From Citrobacter phage phiNP, in sequence record OR565852: DNA of 44,932 bases; one strand, given 5' to 3'. The position numbers and the translations under genes are program-made. The number at the start of each line of letters is the position of its first letter. The stretch's first letter is position 1. The notes beneath the pieces are model-generated. The model had not been told where the DNA came from. It saw nothing but the letters and a program-made list of their open reading frames with translations, and did not search any database. Shown here one piece after another: positions 1 to 8,622 of the stretch.

Positions 1-25
1 GGTTCAACTCCCGCCAGCTCCACCA
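1..25 (+). ncRNA. ssrA: 3'-terminal segment of tmRNA gene ssrA (…GGTTCAACTCCCGCCAGCTCCACCA), serving as the attL core. The body of ssrA must lie upstream of the window.
   Basis: Matches the canonical enterobacterial tmRNA 3' end, including the terminal CCA. The same 25-mer is repeated at 44908-44932. Confidence 0.75.
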
Positions 26-154
26 CTTTAGACAGGACAGTGCAAGGACAGCACCAGTAAAAACAGGAAGTTAGCAGTCCCGGCAGGACACCGACCAGAC
101 GGTAGCGGGACAAAAAAGGATACGTAAAGGAGCCGCGGCTCCAAAACAATCAAG

Positions 155-181
155 CCAGCCTCTCAGGGGCTGGTTTTTTTG
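155..181 (+). terminator. Rho-independent terminator (CCAGCC-loop-GGCTGG + T7), probably the ssrA terminator supplied by the phage arm.
   Basis: A 6-bp GC stem with a 7-nt loop is followed by TTTTTTT. A 14-bp perfect palindrome GGAGCCGCGGCTCC lies just upstream at 129-142. Confidence 0.5.
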
Positions 182-230
182 TGCCATAAATTTGCACAAA
201 AATTCTTACCTGATCGACACAGCTTACAAC

Positions 231-278
231 TTGACACTGTATGTATGACCAGTTAAATATAACTGTATATTCAACCAG
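231..278 (+). promoter_or_regulatory. sigma70-like promoter (TTGACA at 231-236, TAAATA at 254-259) overlapped by two dinI-type LexA boxes (CTGTATGTATGACCAG at 237-252; CTGTATATTCAACCAG at 263-278).
   Basis: CTGT-N8-CCAG resembles the E. coli dinI SOS box CTGTATAAATAACCAG. The spacing between the -35 and -10 elements is 17 nt. Confidence 0.55.
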
Positions 279-294
279 TAAAGGAGATGCTAAA

Positions 295-540
295 ATGCGT
301 GTCGAAATCAGTATTGCCAAAGAAAAATACGGAAAGTTACCGAAAACCGCGCCTTCCGCACTTCAGGAAGAAATGACAAAGCGCCTGGGTAAACAATACC
401 AGGATATTGAAGTCATCGTAAAACCAGCTGGAAGCGACGGTCTATCGGTCTTCCGTGCAGTGGATAAAGATGAAACCAAGAAGAACGTGGAAAAAATGCT
501 GCAAGAGGTCTGGGAGTCGGCTGATGACTGGTTCTTCTGA
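295..540 (+). CDS. dinI: DinI-family DNA-damage-inducible protein (81 aa).
   Basis: MRVEISIAKE… and the C-terminal …EVWESADDWFF are the DinI signatures. An AGGAG RBS lies 7 nt upstream of the ATG at 295. The track ORF start at 241 is probably an over-extension. Confidence 0.75.
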   Translation: MRVEISIAKEKYGKLPKTAPSALQEEMTKRLGKQYQDIEVIVKPAGSDGLSVFRAVDKDETKKNVEKMLQEVWESADDWFF

Positions 541-581
541 CATAGAATAGCCACACTATAACTCCAATAACCCCAAAAAAC

Positions 582-610
582 TTGACCCCGCCCCTCAATT
601 GGGTTACTAT
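582..610 (+). promoter_or_regulatory. Putative hicAB promoter (TTGACC-17 nt-TACTAT).
   Basis: A near-consensus -35/-10 pair with a 17-nt spacer sits directly upstream of hicA. Confidence 0.4.
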
Positions 611-666
611 AACCCCATCAAAACAATACAGAGAGCCGGAGGATGGATAGCAGGAATGCGATAGCA

Positions 667-822
667 ATGATTGAAGCTGACGGGTGGTATCTGGTGAGAG
701 TAAAAGGTAGTCATCACCAGTTTAAGCACCCAACCAAGAAAGGGCTGGTAACGGTGAAACATCCACAGAAAGATATACCGCTACCAACACTCAAAAGCAT
801 CAAGAAACAGGCGGGGCTCTAA
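667..822 (+). CDS. hicA: HicA-family mRNA interferase toxin (51 aa). It falls below the ORF-track length cut-off.
   Basis: Hand translation gives MIEADGWYLVRVKGSHHQFKHPTKKGLVTVKHPQKDIPLPTLKSIKKQAGL. The GSHHxxxHP motif is the HicA YcfA-like fold signature. It sits immediately upstream of hicB. Confidence 0.7.
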   Translation: MIEADGWYLVRVKGSHHQFKHPTKKGLVTVKHPQKDIPLPTLKSIKKQAGL

Positions 823-845
823 GCCCCTGCCTCCTGGAGGTTCAA

Positions 846-1256
846 ATGTTATATCCCGTTGCTATTGATAAAGGCGATTCATCCTTCGGCGTTCGCGTAC
901 CTGATATTCCAGGCTGCTTCTCTGGCGGCGACAACTATCAGGATGCGATAGAGAGCGTGCGTGAGGCTATCGACGCACATATCGAATTACTGGTGGAAGA
1001 TGGTGAAGCGGTGCCGGAAGCTACCAGCGTGGAAAACTGGCTCGCAGATCCCGATTATACAGGCGTAGTATGGGCACTGGTGGATGTAGACGTTACCCGG
1101 TTAATGGGGAAAGCAGAAAAAATCAACGTAACGCTTCCCTCTTTGCTGATCCGTCGTATCGATCAATTTGTTGCCGCTCATCCCGAATATGGTAGCCGCT
1201 CAGGCTTCCTGTCACGTGTGGCTGCTGATAAAGTGATCGGACGGGAAAAACGTTAA
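846..1256 (+). CDS. hicB: HicB-family antitoxin (136 aa).
   Basis: The N-terminal MLYPVAIDKGDSSFGVRVPDIPGCFS… matches the HicB RNase-H-like fold. The C-terminal region is RHH/HTH-like DNA-binding. It is paired with hicA. Confidence 0.7.
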   Translation: MLYPVAIDKGDSSFGVRVPDIPGCFSGGDNYQDAIESVREAIDAHIELLVEDGEAVPEATSVENWLADPDYTGVVWALVDVDVTRLMGKAEKINVTLPSLLIRRIDQFVAAHPEYGSRSGFLSRVAADKVIGREKR

Positions 1257-1280
1257 GCCTCGTTAGAGGCTTTAGGTGAA

Positions 1281-1835
1281 ATGATGCGCAAAAAAGAATT
1301 AGCTTTTCTTAAAGAGTGTTTAAGAGTAGAAGTTATCGGAAATAAGGATAAGAAATTCTCATGGGCTCGCACCATCAGACATGCCTGGCGTCAACCTAAA
1401 CGTAGATTTCTTTTCTGGTGGCGCATTGCATCTTATCTATATGGTTCAAATAACAAACAACTAAAAAAAATAGGGAAAAGAATAAATAGAAAATTATTTT
1501 TTAAATATAACACAGACATTGAACTAGGTGTTTCAATTGCCCCCGGATTATATATTGGACATTATAGCGGGATTGTTATCACAAGATATGCGACGATAGG
1601 CAAAAACTTCAACATAAGACAAAACACCACTATTGGATTAAAAAACAATAACACTAATAAAATCACAATTGGTGATAATGTTAATGTTGGAGCAAACTCC
1701 TGCATTATATCAGAAAACATTGTAATTGGTGACAACGTAAAAATAGGAGCTTTTACATTCGTTAATAAAACGATACCCTCAAACTCTATTTATTACACAA
1801 AAAAAGAAAACATCTGTAAAGAATGGGAGGTTTAA
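1281..1835 (+). CDS. Hexapeptide-repeat (LbH) acetyltransferase in an AT-rich cargo gene. It is a candidate O-antigen or polysaccharide O-acetyltransferase.
   Basis: Tandem [LIV]-G-x-x-x-x hexapeptide repeats are present (IGDNVNVGANSCIISENIVIGDNVKIGAFTFV). Nucleotide composition is strongly AT-rich compared with the neighbouring genes. Confidence 0.6.
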   Translation: MMRKKELAFLKECLRVEVIGNKDKKFSWARTIRHAWRQPKRRFLFWWRIASYLYGSNNKQLKKIGKRINRKLFFKYNTDIELGVSIAPGLYIGHYSGIVITRYATIGKNFNIRQNTTIGLKNNNTNKITIGDNVNVGANSCIISENIVIGDNVKIGAFTFVNKTIPSNSIYYTKKENICKEWEV

Positions 1836-1850
1836 CCTCCCTTCCTTTTA
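1825..1850 (+). terminator. Intrinsic terminator (GGGAGG-TTTAA-CCTCCC followed by a T-rich tract) ending the acetyltransferase gene, whose stop codon lies in the loop.
   Basis: A 6-bp GC stem followed by TTCCTTTTATT. It is convergent with tfa on the opposite strand. Confidence 0.5.
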
Positions 1851-2429
1851 TTACTCTACTAGCTCTGGCCATTGAATGTTGGGCACATCAGTTGGTTGCA
1901 CGCGACTGAGCAATATTCGATATTTTTTCCACTCTTTCAGGCGTATCTTCTCATCATCTGTAGCCATATCTAAATCAACAGCGTCCTGTAAGGTGGCAAT
2001 GATTTCACCAGCCTGTTGGAGCTGTTCTTTCTTCTGCGATTCAGCTTCTCTGATAAATGCCTCACGCTCTGCATCGACATCATCTATCCATGCTTCTCCA
2101 TTCCACTTCTGATAGTTCCTGTCTGGTGAAATAGTTGTCACATTTGGCGGTAATGCACCAAGGGACGAAATATAAATTGGCATACCTGTTTCAGTTTCAT
2201 ACACAGTAATCCCACGATGATCTTCAACCAAAAGCCATGTATTTTCATCAATATCAAAAATGGCCGCATATCCAGCAGGAATTTCTGGTGGCGCAATATT
2301 GGTACAATTTGCAGGTAATCCTGTATATGGTGGTATATATGTATCACTCTCACCAATAAATTCATTAGTACCATCTAGTAAGTTAAACACATTAATTGTT
2401 TGTGCTTCTGCAATCATTTTAAAAGTCAT
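1851..2429 (-). CDS. Tail fibre assembly chaperone (Tfa/gpG-like).
   Basis: Located immediately downstream of the tail fibre gene, with the typical Tfa C-terminal …NIQWPELVE. Confidence 0.7.
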   Translation of the reverse strand: MTFKMIAEAQTINVFNLLDGTNEFIGESDTYIPPYTGLPANCTNIAPPEIPAGYAAIFDIDENTWLLVEDHRGITVYETETGMPIYISSLGALPPNVTTISPDRNYQKWNGEAWIDDVDAEREAFIREAESQKKEQLQQAGEIIATLQDAVDLDMATDDEKIRLKEWKKYRILLSRVQPTDVPNIQWPELVE

Positions 2430-3277
2430 TATGCAAGCCTCACGATGTAATTATATGCAATGTTTTTTACAGTATTTTCTGCATTACCAGAAGCATTTAC
2501 CGTAATGGTATGCCCATGCGAACCGATTGCGATTGTATGAGAATGAGCACCAATACCGACAGTATGGTTGTGTGCACCAATGCCTACGGTATGGGCATGG
2601 TTACCTGCTGAACTGGTCTGAACAGTATTTCGAAGACCATCAGAATCCCAATCACCTCTGGTACCTGATGGCTGTGCACCTGTCGTATAACCGTGGGTAT
2701 GTTCGCCAGTTGTGTTGGTAGTTTTAGTACCGTAATCAAATGTACTGGTCGTTTTAGTCCCATAATCAAACGAACTGGTTGTTTTCGTGCCTAAATCCGT
2801 ATTTGAGGCGCTGGCACTATGGGTATGCGACTTGATGCCATCCTGCTCCTGAGACAGAACTACTCGCCCACTGGCAGGTTTCCCCTTTATTGTCCATCCA
2901 CGCATATCAGGGATAACACCTCCAGGATACGCAATTGCCAGTTTGGGGTATTTCGCTTTATCAAACGTCTGGCCCTGCATCAGCGCATACCCGTCCGGTA
3001 CCGTATCCGACGGCCAGGGAATGGGAGAGCCAACCGGGACACCAGAAGCATCATCTGTGGCCTTTTTAATAAGGCCCTGAATGGCAGTGATAACCTGTGC
3101 ATCATTCGTCGGATCCGGCTCAATACCCGCCCCCGACAGAACAGCGATTAATTCGCGCTGCACGGTGGTAAACCACCCACCCATCAGTTCAGTGGGCTGG
3201 ACATTCCCGGCCACATTACCATCAGTAAACTCACCGTTACCGTCTGCGGTATCAGTGAGATCTCCAATTTTTTGCAT
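2429..3277 (-). CDS. Tail fibre protein with a C-terminal His-x-His repeat tip.
   Basis: It has GTKTTS(S/T)FDY tandem repeats and a C-terminal [32 protein letters not shown] run of periodic HxH motifs. These resemble the metal-binding tip motifs of phage tail fibres. The position ahead of tfa fits. Confidence 0.65.
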   Translation of the reverse strand: MQKIGDLTDTADGNGEFTDGNVAGNVQPTELMGGWFTTVQRELIAVLSGAGIEPDPTNDAQVITAIQGLIKKATDDASGVPVGSPIPWPSDTVPDGYALMQGQTFDKAKYPKLAIAYPGGVIPDMRGWTIKGKPASGRVVLSQEQDGIKSHTHSASASNTDLGTKTTSSFDYGTKTTSTFDYGTKTTNTTGEHTHGYTTGAQPSGTRGDWDSDGLRNTVQTSSAGNHAHTVGIGAHNHTVGIGAHSHTIAIGSHGHTITVNASGNAENTVKNIAYNYIVRLA

Positions 3278-3330
3278 GCGTTATCCTCACAGTTACGTGA
3301 TTATGAAAAATAATTCAGGGGGTCAGAGAA

Positions 3331-3936
3331 TCAGGAGGCAGCGGGGATATAGTTAATTCGCAGAATCAGGCCAGGATCGACCAGGCGCTGCAGCATACAT
3401 TCCAGCGTTTTGTTACCCCATGACCTGAGTGGGTCACCACATCGTGCCTGCCCGCACTTTGCCCGAAATATGGTGGTTTCAGGGACGTTGACCTGCAGCA
3501 CAAACGGCCAGTCGTCACCATTCAGGGCATCGCCGCACGCAGAAAGCCCGCAGCGCGCCCGGCGATATTCAGTCACAGTAATGGTATAACCCGCCGCGGC
3601 CAGCGTCTGGATCAGCCCGTCAATACTCAGATTGCCACTGCTGGTTAGCCTGGCCACTACCGCCTCACGGCGCCGGGAAATGGTGATCATCTCGGAGATA
3701 GAGCAGTTATCCGGTAGCCCCAGCGTTTCTTCCCATTCCGTCAGCAGGGTGCCCGCCGTCGCGGGAAAGGCGTTTCGCAGCAGGGAAACCGCCGCCGTAT
3801 CGTTGGCCGCGAACGATCTGGCTATTGCCCTGAGTACGCGTCCCATCACCGTCTGGCGGTCATGTTGCCAGGCCTTTCCGGGTGGCAGTAGTTTTCCCAG
3901 CGCTGCGGCATAGTCATCTGTGCTGTACCGGCTCAT
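3331..3936 (-). CDS. Baseplate/tail protein (Mu gp48 / P2 gpI-like).
   Basis: Its position between the baseplate J gene and the tail fibre gene, and its size of ~200 aa, match P2/Mu-type baseplate wedge subunit 2. Confidence 0.5.
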   Translation of the reverse strand: MSRYSTDDYAAALGKLLPPGKAWQHDRQTVMGRVLRAIARSFAANDTAAVSLLRNAFPATAGTLLTEWEETLGLPDNCSISEMITISRRREAVVARLTSSGNLSIDGLIQTLAAAGYTITVTEYRRARCGLSACGDALNGDDWPFVLQVNVPETTIFRAKCGQARCGDPLRSWGNKTLECMLQRLVDPGLILRINYIPAAS

Positions 3937-5090
3937 GTCGTGGTACCCGAAAATGTGATATCACCGCGGACGGGGAGTTCACCCGCGCCCAGCTGGATAA
4001 AGGTTCCGGAGGGGCTGTTAATCACAAAGCCCCGGGTTCCATCGATCGCACCGATGGCCAGCGTTAAATCGGACATAAAAATTTTTCCGCCAGGCTCGCC
4101 ATTGTCAAAGAAGACCTCATCAATAGCGCTTTCAATCGCTGCAACCGTGGCCGCGTCAGCATCCGGAATGCCGCCAATATCAAAATTAATCACCTTTTTA
4201 ATCGGAGAACAGACCCAGATAACAGTAGTGGCCGGGCGGCGTGGAAAAATGTAATCAGCGACCCGCAACTGGTCACCAGTAGCCTTGCCATACGGGTATT
4301 GTTCCTTTGTCGCTACCCCGTCAGTACCAACAGGAAACCCGTTGTTTGAACGATCGGCGCCATCACACATGATATAGACACCAACACTGTTAGCCCCCAT
4401 CAGTCGCGGCGCCACCCAGGCACGGGTAATGCCTGCCACCTCCAGCGCCCAACGTCTGTAATCGTCCGCGTTCCCGCCCTGTGATTCGCTCTGATACGCC
4501 AGCAATCCTCGCTGTCGGAAAGCTTCCCCATCTTCAATATCGGCCCCGCCGGTGGCGGCCTCCAGCAGTATCAGCGCGCTTTCAACGCCCGCAATGTTGG
4601 TATCCAGCGTCAGACGGGTGCCGCTGTCAGCATTTCCTGCCGATCCGCCTCCGCTCACATCCTCCGTAATATCAGAGAGCACCGCTGTGACCGGCACCGT
4701 ACCGGTACCATCAGTACCGATTTTCAGCCCGGCATCGGTGGTGTACTGGTATCCGTCAGAACGATTCAGGATGGAGCCCGCCGGAATAATCGCCCCGGGG
4801 GTACCGGTTGCCTGACAGGCTGGCGAACGGGCTGCGCTGGCCGCCTTGCGGAATACCTTCTTCAACGCCATCCACTGCGCCAGATACTCCCCCGTTGCGG
4901 TAAAGGGAATGGACTGCTTCGCGATGTAGTCCAGATAGGCATAATGCAGATGGGACATTCCGGCATCCATATCCGCCAGAACACGCAGGTTCGAAAATCG
5001 CAACAACGCACCGACGCTTTTCAGCTCGGTTTGCAGGAACTGCCGGTTTCGCTGACGCAGTTCACTCAGGGTGTCTCGTTTAAACGGCAT
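3933..5090 (-). CDS. Baseplate J-like protein (Mu gp47 / P2 gpJ).
   Basis: Gene order V-W-J-I, size and a 4-nt overlap with its neighbours. Confidence 0.6.
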   Translation of the reverse strand: MPFKRDTLSELRQRNRQFLQTELKSVGALLRFSNLRVLADMDAGMSHLHYAYLDYIAKQSIPFTATGEYLAQWMALKKVFRKAASAARSPACQATGTPGAIIPAGSILNRSDGYQYTTDAGLKIGTDGTGTVPVTAVLSDITEDVSGGGSAGNADSGTRLTLDTNIAGVESALILLEAATGGADIEDGEAFRQRGLLAYQSESQGGNADDYRRWALEVAGITRAWVAPRLMGANSVGVYIMCDGADRSNNGFPVGTDGVATKEQYPYGKATGDQLRVADYIFPRRPATTVIWVCSPIKKVINFDIGGIPDADAATVAAIESAIDEVFFDNGEPGGKIFMSDLTLAIGAIDGTRGFVINSPSGTFIQLGAGELPVRGDITFSGTTT

Positions 5091-5532
5091 TCTTTAACTG
5101 CTCCCATACCCAGTAAAATTTGATTTCCTGCTGGCCGTCACCGTCCGGCGAACTCAGGCGAACAATCAGGTTAAGGCGCGCCGGCCATATGATTTGCGCC
5201 TCCACCTGAATATCCCCCACCACACCATCAGATTTCAGCCAGGCCAGTGCCTCCAGCGCGTATTCCTCCGCCCTGACAGCAACACGGGTCGTTAATTTTT
5301 CGCGGCGCAGCAGCCACAGGCGGGAGCCCATCGCCTGAGCCTCTCCGGAATCTCCCCACCATCCCCGGCGGTCAGTGCCTTCATAGTCATCGTCGGCACG
5401 CGCCAGGCGGTCAGTGAACAGGCTGATAATCACCGCTGTCTGGAGGTCATTACCCGACGCCAGTGCGCCAGCGGTGATCCCCCAGTCAGCGTGCATGGCG
5501 TCAGCGTCCCAGAATGATGAAACGTCACTCAT
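5080..5532 (-). CDS. Baseplate protein gpW/gp25-like (Mu gp46).
   Basis: A ~150 aa protein between gpV and gpJ, translationally coupled to both. Confidence 0.5.
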   Translation of the reverse strand: MSDVSSFWDADAMHADWGITAGALASGNDLQTAVIISLFTDRLARADDDYEGTDRRGWWGDSGEAQAMGSRLWLLRREKLTTRVAVRAEEYALEALAWLKSDGVVGDIQVEAQIIWPARLNLIVRLSSPDGDGQQEIKFYWVWEQLKNAV

Positions 5533-6113
5533 GTCACCTGCCCCGCGGTTTTCTCACTGGTAATACTGCTGCTGCCACCAGCGACGCCTTTCGTCACATG
5601 GTTGTGACCGTTATATGCGTCGCGTAACTCTTTCAGCGTGCGCGGGTTGCTCTCGCAGTTATCGACAACATCCCCGGTAACCAGCAGCTTCGGCGTGATC
5701 AGCTTTACCTGCTCTGTCGCTGTGACCGTCAGGTTTCTGGCGTTATTCACCGTCACATCCTGTCCGTTCGCCTCAACAGTGATCCCTTTCTCCGTCATCA
5801 GGATATAAAGCCCCCACTGGTTATAAAGGACCGTTTCTCCCGGGTTCAGCCCGGTATGTCGGTGCCCCTGATGGTTGGAGCCAATGATCACCGGGCTGGA
5901 GCGATCGCCCCCCAGGAAAGCCAGTACCACATCAGAGCCCGCAGGCAGCGCGGAAGAAAAGCCAAACTCCGTTATCCGGCGGGCCGTAGCCACCTCCAGC
6001 GGTGTCTGGTACTGCACGCTCTGAACTGTGCCGCCGTCGTTCTGACCCGTCACACGACCAATACCCAACATCCCGGCGACGCGGGTCGCCAGGTGTCTGA
6101 AAAGTTGATTCAT
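5529..6113 (-). CDS. Baseplate assembly/spike protein gpV-like (Mu gp45).
   Basis: A ~190 aa protein at the conserved position upstream of W/J in P2/Mu tails. Confidence 0.5.
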   Translation of the reverse strand: MNQLFRHLATRVAGMLGIGRVTGQNDGGTVQSVQYQTPLEVATARRITEFGFSSALPAGSDVVLAFLGGDRSSPVIIGSNHQGHRHTGLNPGETVLYNQWGLYILMTEKGITVEANGQDVTVNNARNLTVTATEQVKLITPKLLVTGDVVDNCESNPRTLKELRDAYNGHNHVTKGVAGGSSSITSEKTAGQVT

Positions 6114-7189
6114 GGATTAAGCCCCGGTATCTGTTGGTAGAAAGCGTAAGGCTGGACGGTAAACGCCTCCGGTGGCATCAGGGACAGCCTGGCGTGCGTT
6201 CCGCCTGAATCCCTGATAAACGTCACCTCGGACAGCAACATTTCCCGATCGGTGACTTTCAGCGCCGGAATATTGACCGGGATCAGCGTATTGGGCTCCC
6301 ACAATTTCCCGGACTTATCCCGCCAGCTGTCAATCGTCACATCCAGTTGCCGGGAACGGCCGTAACGCCGGTTCATCTCCCAGTCGATACACTGCTGCGC
6401 CTGCTGTGACGCCATCAGCGTGCTCTCAACAATCACAATGCGTTTCCGGTAGCGCATTCTGGCCGCCTCCGGATCGCGTGCGGTCGCCAGGGTCACCGAA
6501 TCGTAGGCAGTATCCGGCGCCAGCCCGCTAACCGGGGACAGGCTCATGGATACCCCGACATAATCAGAAAACCGCTCAGCCATTGAGGTTCGGAAATATG
6601 CCTGCTCGATGTTTTCCCCCTGGGCGACACCACTGGCCGCCTTCCGGGTTCCCACCCTGGTCAGCAGCAGATTGCCGTCAGGCTGGTCGTAATACAGCAG
6701 CGCAGACCAGCGGCTGACACGTTCGATGATCTCCTGCGGGGATTCACCCCAGTTGAGTGTGAACTGGGGAACAGCAACCAGATCACTGACATCTGACGAT
6801 ACGGATATGCCGTAATACGAGGCCAGACGTGAAGCGATATCCAGCGCGTTGCCACCGTTAATCACGTTATTCGGCCACTCGGCGGAGCAGTCCACCAGGT
6901 CCTGGCACTTTCCGCGCCCCGTTGCTCTGACTTCATGGCGACTCCGGCTTATCGACGGCTCCCAGTCATCGACATAGCCGGTGATCACCAGGTCGTTACC
7001 GATCCGGATTTCGCAGGACTCCCCCTCCCTGACCAGCTGTTCATCCTGGCTACCGGGGAAATAGTCCATCAGCCCTAGGTCAAAATCAGACGGGAAACGC
7101 TCGATTGCCCGGGTGACCCGCACGGAATCCCAGCCCTCTATTCTTCTGCCTCCCACGGTGAGGGAAACGAGATCGCGGGTTTCAGTCAT
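6110..7189 (-). CDS. Baseplate hub / tail protein (Mu gp44 P / P2 gpD-like).
   Basis: A ~360 aa protein between the DNA-circularisation-like protein and gpV. The gene order is conserved in Mu-like tails. Confidence 0.5.
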   Translation of the reverse strand: MTETRDLVSLTVGGRRIEGWDSVRVTRAIERFPSDFDLGLMDYFPGSQDEQLVREGESCEIRIGNDLVITGYVDDWEPSISRSRHEVRATGRGKCQDLVDCSAEWPNNVINGGNALDIASRLASYYGISVSSDVSDLVAVPQFTLNWGESPQEIIERVSRWSALLYYDQPDGNLLLTRVGTRKAASGVAQGENIEQAYFRTSMAERFSDYVGVSMSLSPVSGLAPDTAYDSVTLATARDPEAARMRYRKRIVIVESTLMASQQAQQCIDWEMNRRYGRSRQLDVTIDSWRDKSGKLWEPNTLIPVNIPALKVTDREMLLSEVTFIRDSGGTHARLSLMPPEAFTVQPYAFYQQIPGLNP

Positions 7190-8589
7190 TGCCGTAACAC
7201 CTTCATTTTCACAGGCATAAATGCCGGGTGGGGAACATCCGCTTCCTGCACCAGTTCATCAGCGCGCCCGGCATCCTGATACAACCGGTTTGCCAGCGTC
7301 AGCGCCGGAAGTGGCCGCGCGGTGCTGATCTCCATCAGCTCGCTCAGGTTCGGAGAAATATCGCTCATCCTGTCGATAAATGAGGATCGAAGACTGAGCA
7401 GCGCCCTGTAGAGATCATCATCGCCGCGGTCGCCCACCACCACCAGCGCTACATCCAGCTGATCGGATACCCGCTGCGTCAGTCCTTCGGCTTCGTCACG
7501 GCTGGTCGGATTGGACTCCGCCGCCGCCGCAGTCATCGCCCCGGAGCACAGCACAATGATCAGGGTGTTGACAGAGGCCGCGATTTTTCGCGTGGCCTCT
7601 GACTGCTGGTATTCGGTACTGGTGGCACCGGCCAGAGACTCCAGCAGCGTAACGCGCTCATCAATACCGCCGACGCTGTTCAGTATCAGGTTCACCAGAT
7701 CCGCCGTCAGCTGCATGATATCTTCGGGCGCCGTGGCGCTGTTGAGCCGTTCGACAGCATCTGAAATATTCTGGCGATCCATGACCGCCTGAGCCGTTAC
7801 CTGTTCGACCAGCGCCTGATAATCATCAGTGTCATCGGCCTGGTGAGTACCCGTTGCCCCGGAAGAACTCCCACCTGCCGTCCCTTTGTTGTAGCGTCCA
7901 TAGCGGGTATTCCCGAACGTGGAATTCAGGACGTTACTGACACTGGTCGCTTCGCTGATCGTGCTGTCTACCATCCGGGTCCAGAAGGCGACCGTTCCCC
8001 TGATGGTGTTGATCCCCTGAGTCACCCCCCGGAGTTCACTTTTGATCCGCGCCAGAACGCTGGAAACGGTGGTGGTAACCAGTTTCAGATAATTTGTCAC
8101 GACGTTCACACCGGCGACCTTGCTGCCGGTAATGGCGAACACCTTCAGACCTGATTCAATGGCTGTCAGGGTAAATTCGAACACCCGCCCGGCCTCCGCC
8201 GTTCCGGCAATTCTCAGGCCACCATCCGGAATGGCAACCGTCATTTCCCCCAGCGTCGGGTGTACCAGTGTCCCCGGCCCCTTTTCCTCACAGGCATTAA
8301 TCAGCGCCTGGCGCTGGGTAACGGCATCACCGCCACCGTAAACCTGGCTGTCCTCGACCAGAAAGCCCCTGATGGTTATCCGGCGAACACCCCGCCCCAG
8401 ATCTTCAATCCAGGCGGTATCCCGGTACGGGTATTCATGGACAGCCTGGCGACGTCCATGGACCCCTTCTTCAATCACGACGGCAAAAGGAACGCCCCGG
8501 AAGCTGGACGGCCGTAGCTTATCCTGCCAGCGCTCACCGCCTGTGCCGCCCATCAGAGCGGATATTGCATTCTGGATAATTGCCATCAT
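7186..8589 (-). CDS. Tail/DNA circularisation protein N-like (Mu gp43).
   Basis: A 467 aa protein directly downstream of the tape measure gene, as in Mu-like contractile tails. Confidence 0.45.
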   Translation of the reverse strand: MMAIIQNAISALMGGTGGERWQDKLRPSSFRGVPFAVVIEEGVHGRRQAVHEYPYRDTAWIEDLGRGVRRITIRGFLVEDSQVYGGGDAVTQRQALINACEEKGPGTLVHPTLGEMTVAIPDGGLRIAGTAEAGRVFEFTLTAIESGLKVFAITGSKVAGVNVVTNYLKLVTTTVSSVLARIKSELRGVTQGINTIRGTVAFWTRMVDSTISEATSVSNVLNSTFGNTRYGRYNKGTAGGSSSGATGTHQADDTDDYQALVEQVTAQAVMDRQNISDAVERLNSATAPEDIMQLTADLVNLILNSVGGIDERVTLLESLAGATSTEYQQSEATRKIAASVNTLIIVLCSGAMTAAAAESNPTSRDEAEGLTQRVSDQLDVALVVVGDRGDDDLYRALLSLRSSFIDRMSDISPNLSELMEISTARPLPALTLANRLYQDAGRADELVQEADVPHPAFMPVKMKVLRQ

Positions 8590-8622
8590 TACCCCATAAG
8601 TAAAAACCCGCCGGCTGGCGGG

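Noticed and set aside
241-294. Upstream extension of the dinI ORF, starting at ATG 241 (MYDQLNITVYSTSKGDAK…).
   Set aside because: The DinI family begins at MRVEISIAK…, and an AGGAG RBS sits 7 nt before ATG 295. The ATG at 241 lies inside the LexA box and promoter.
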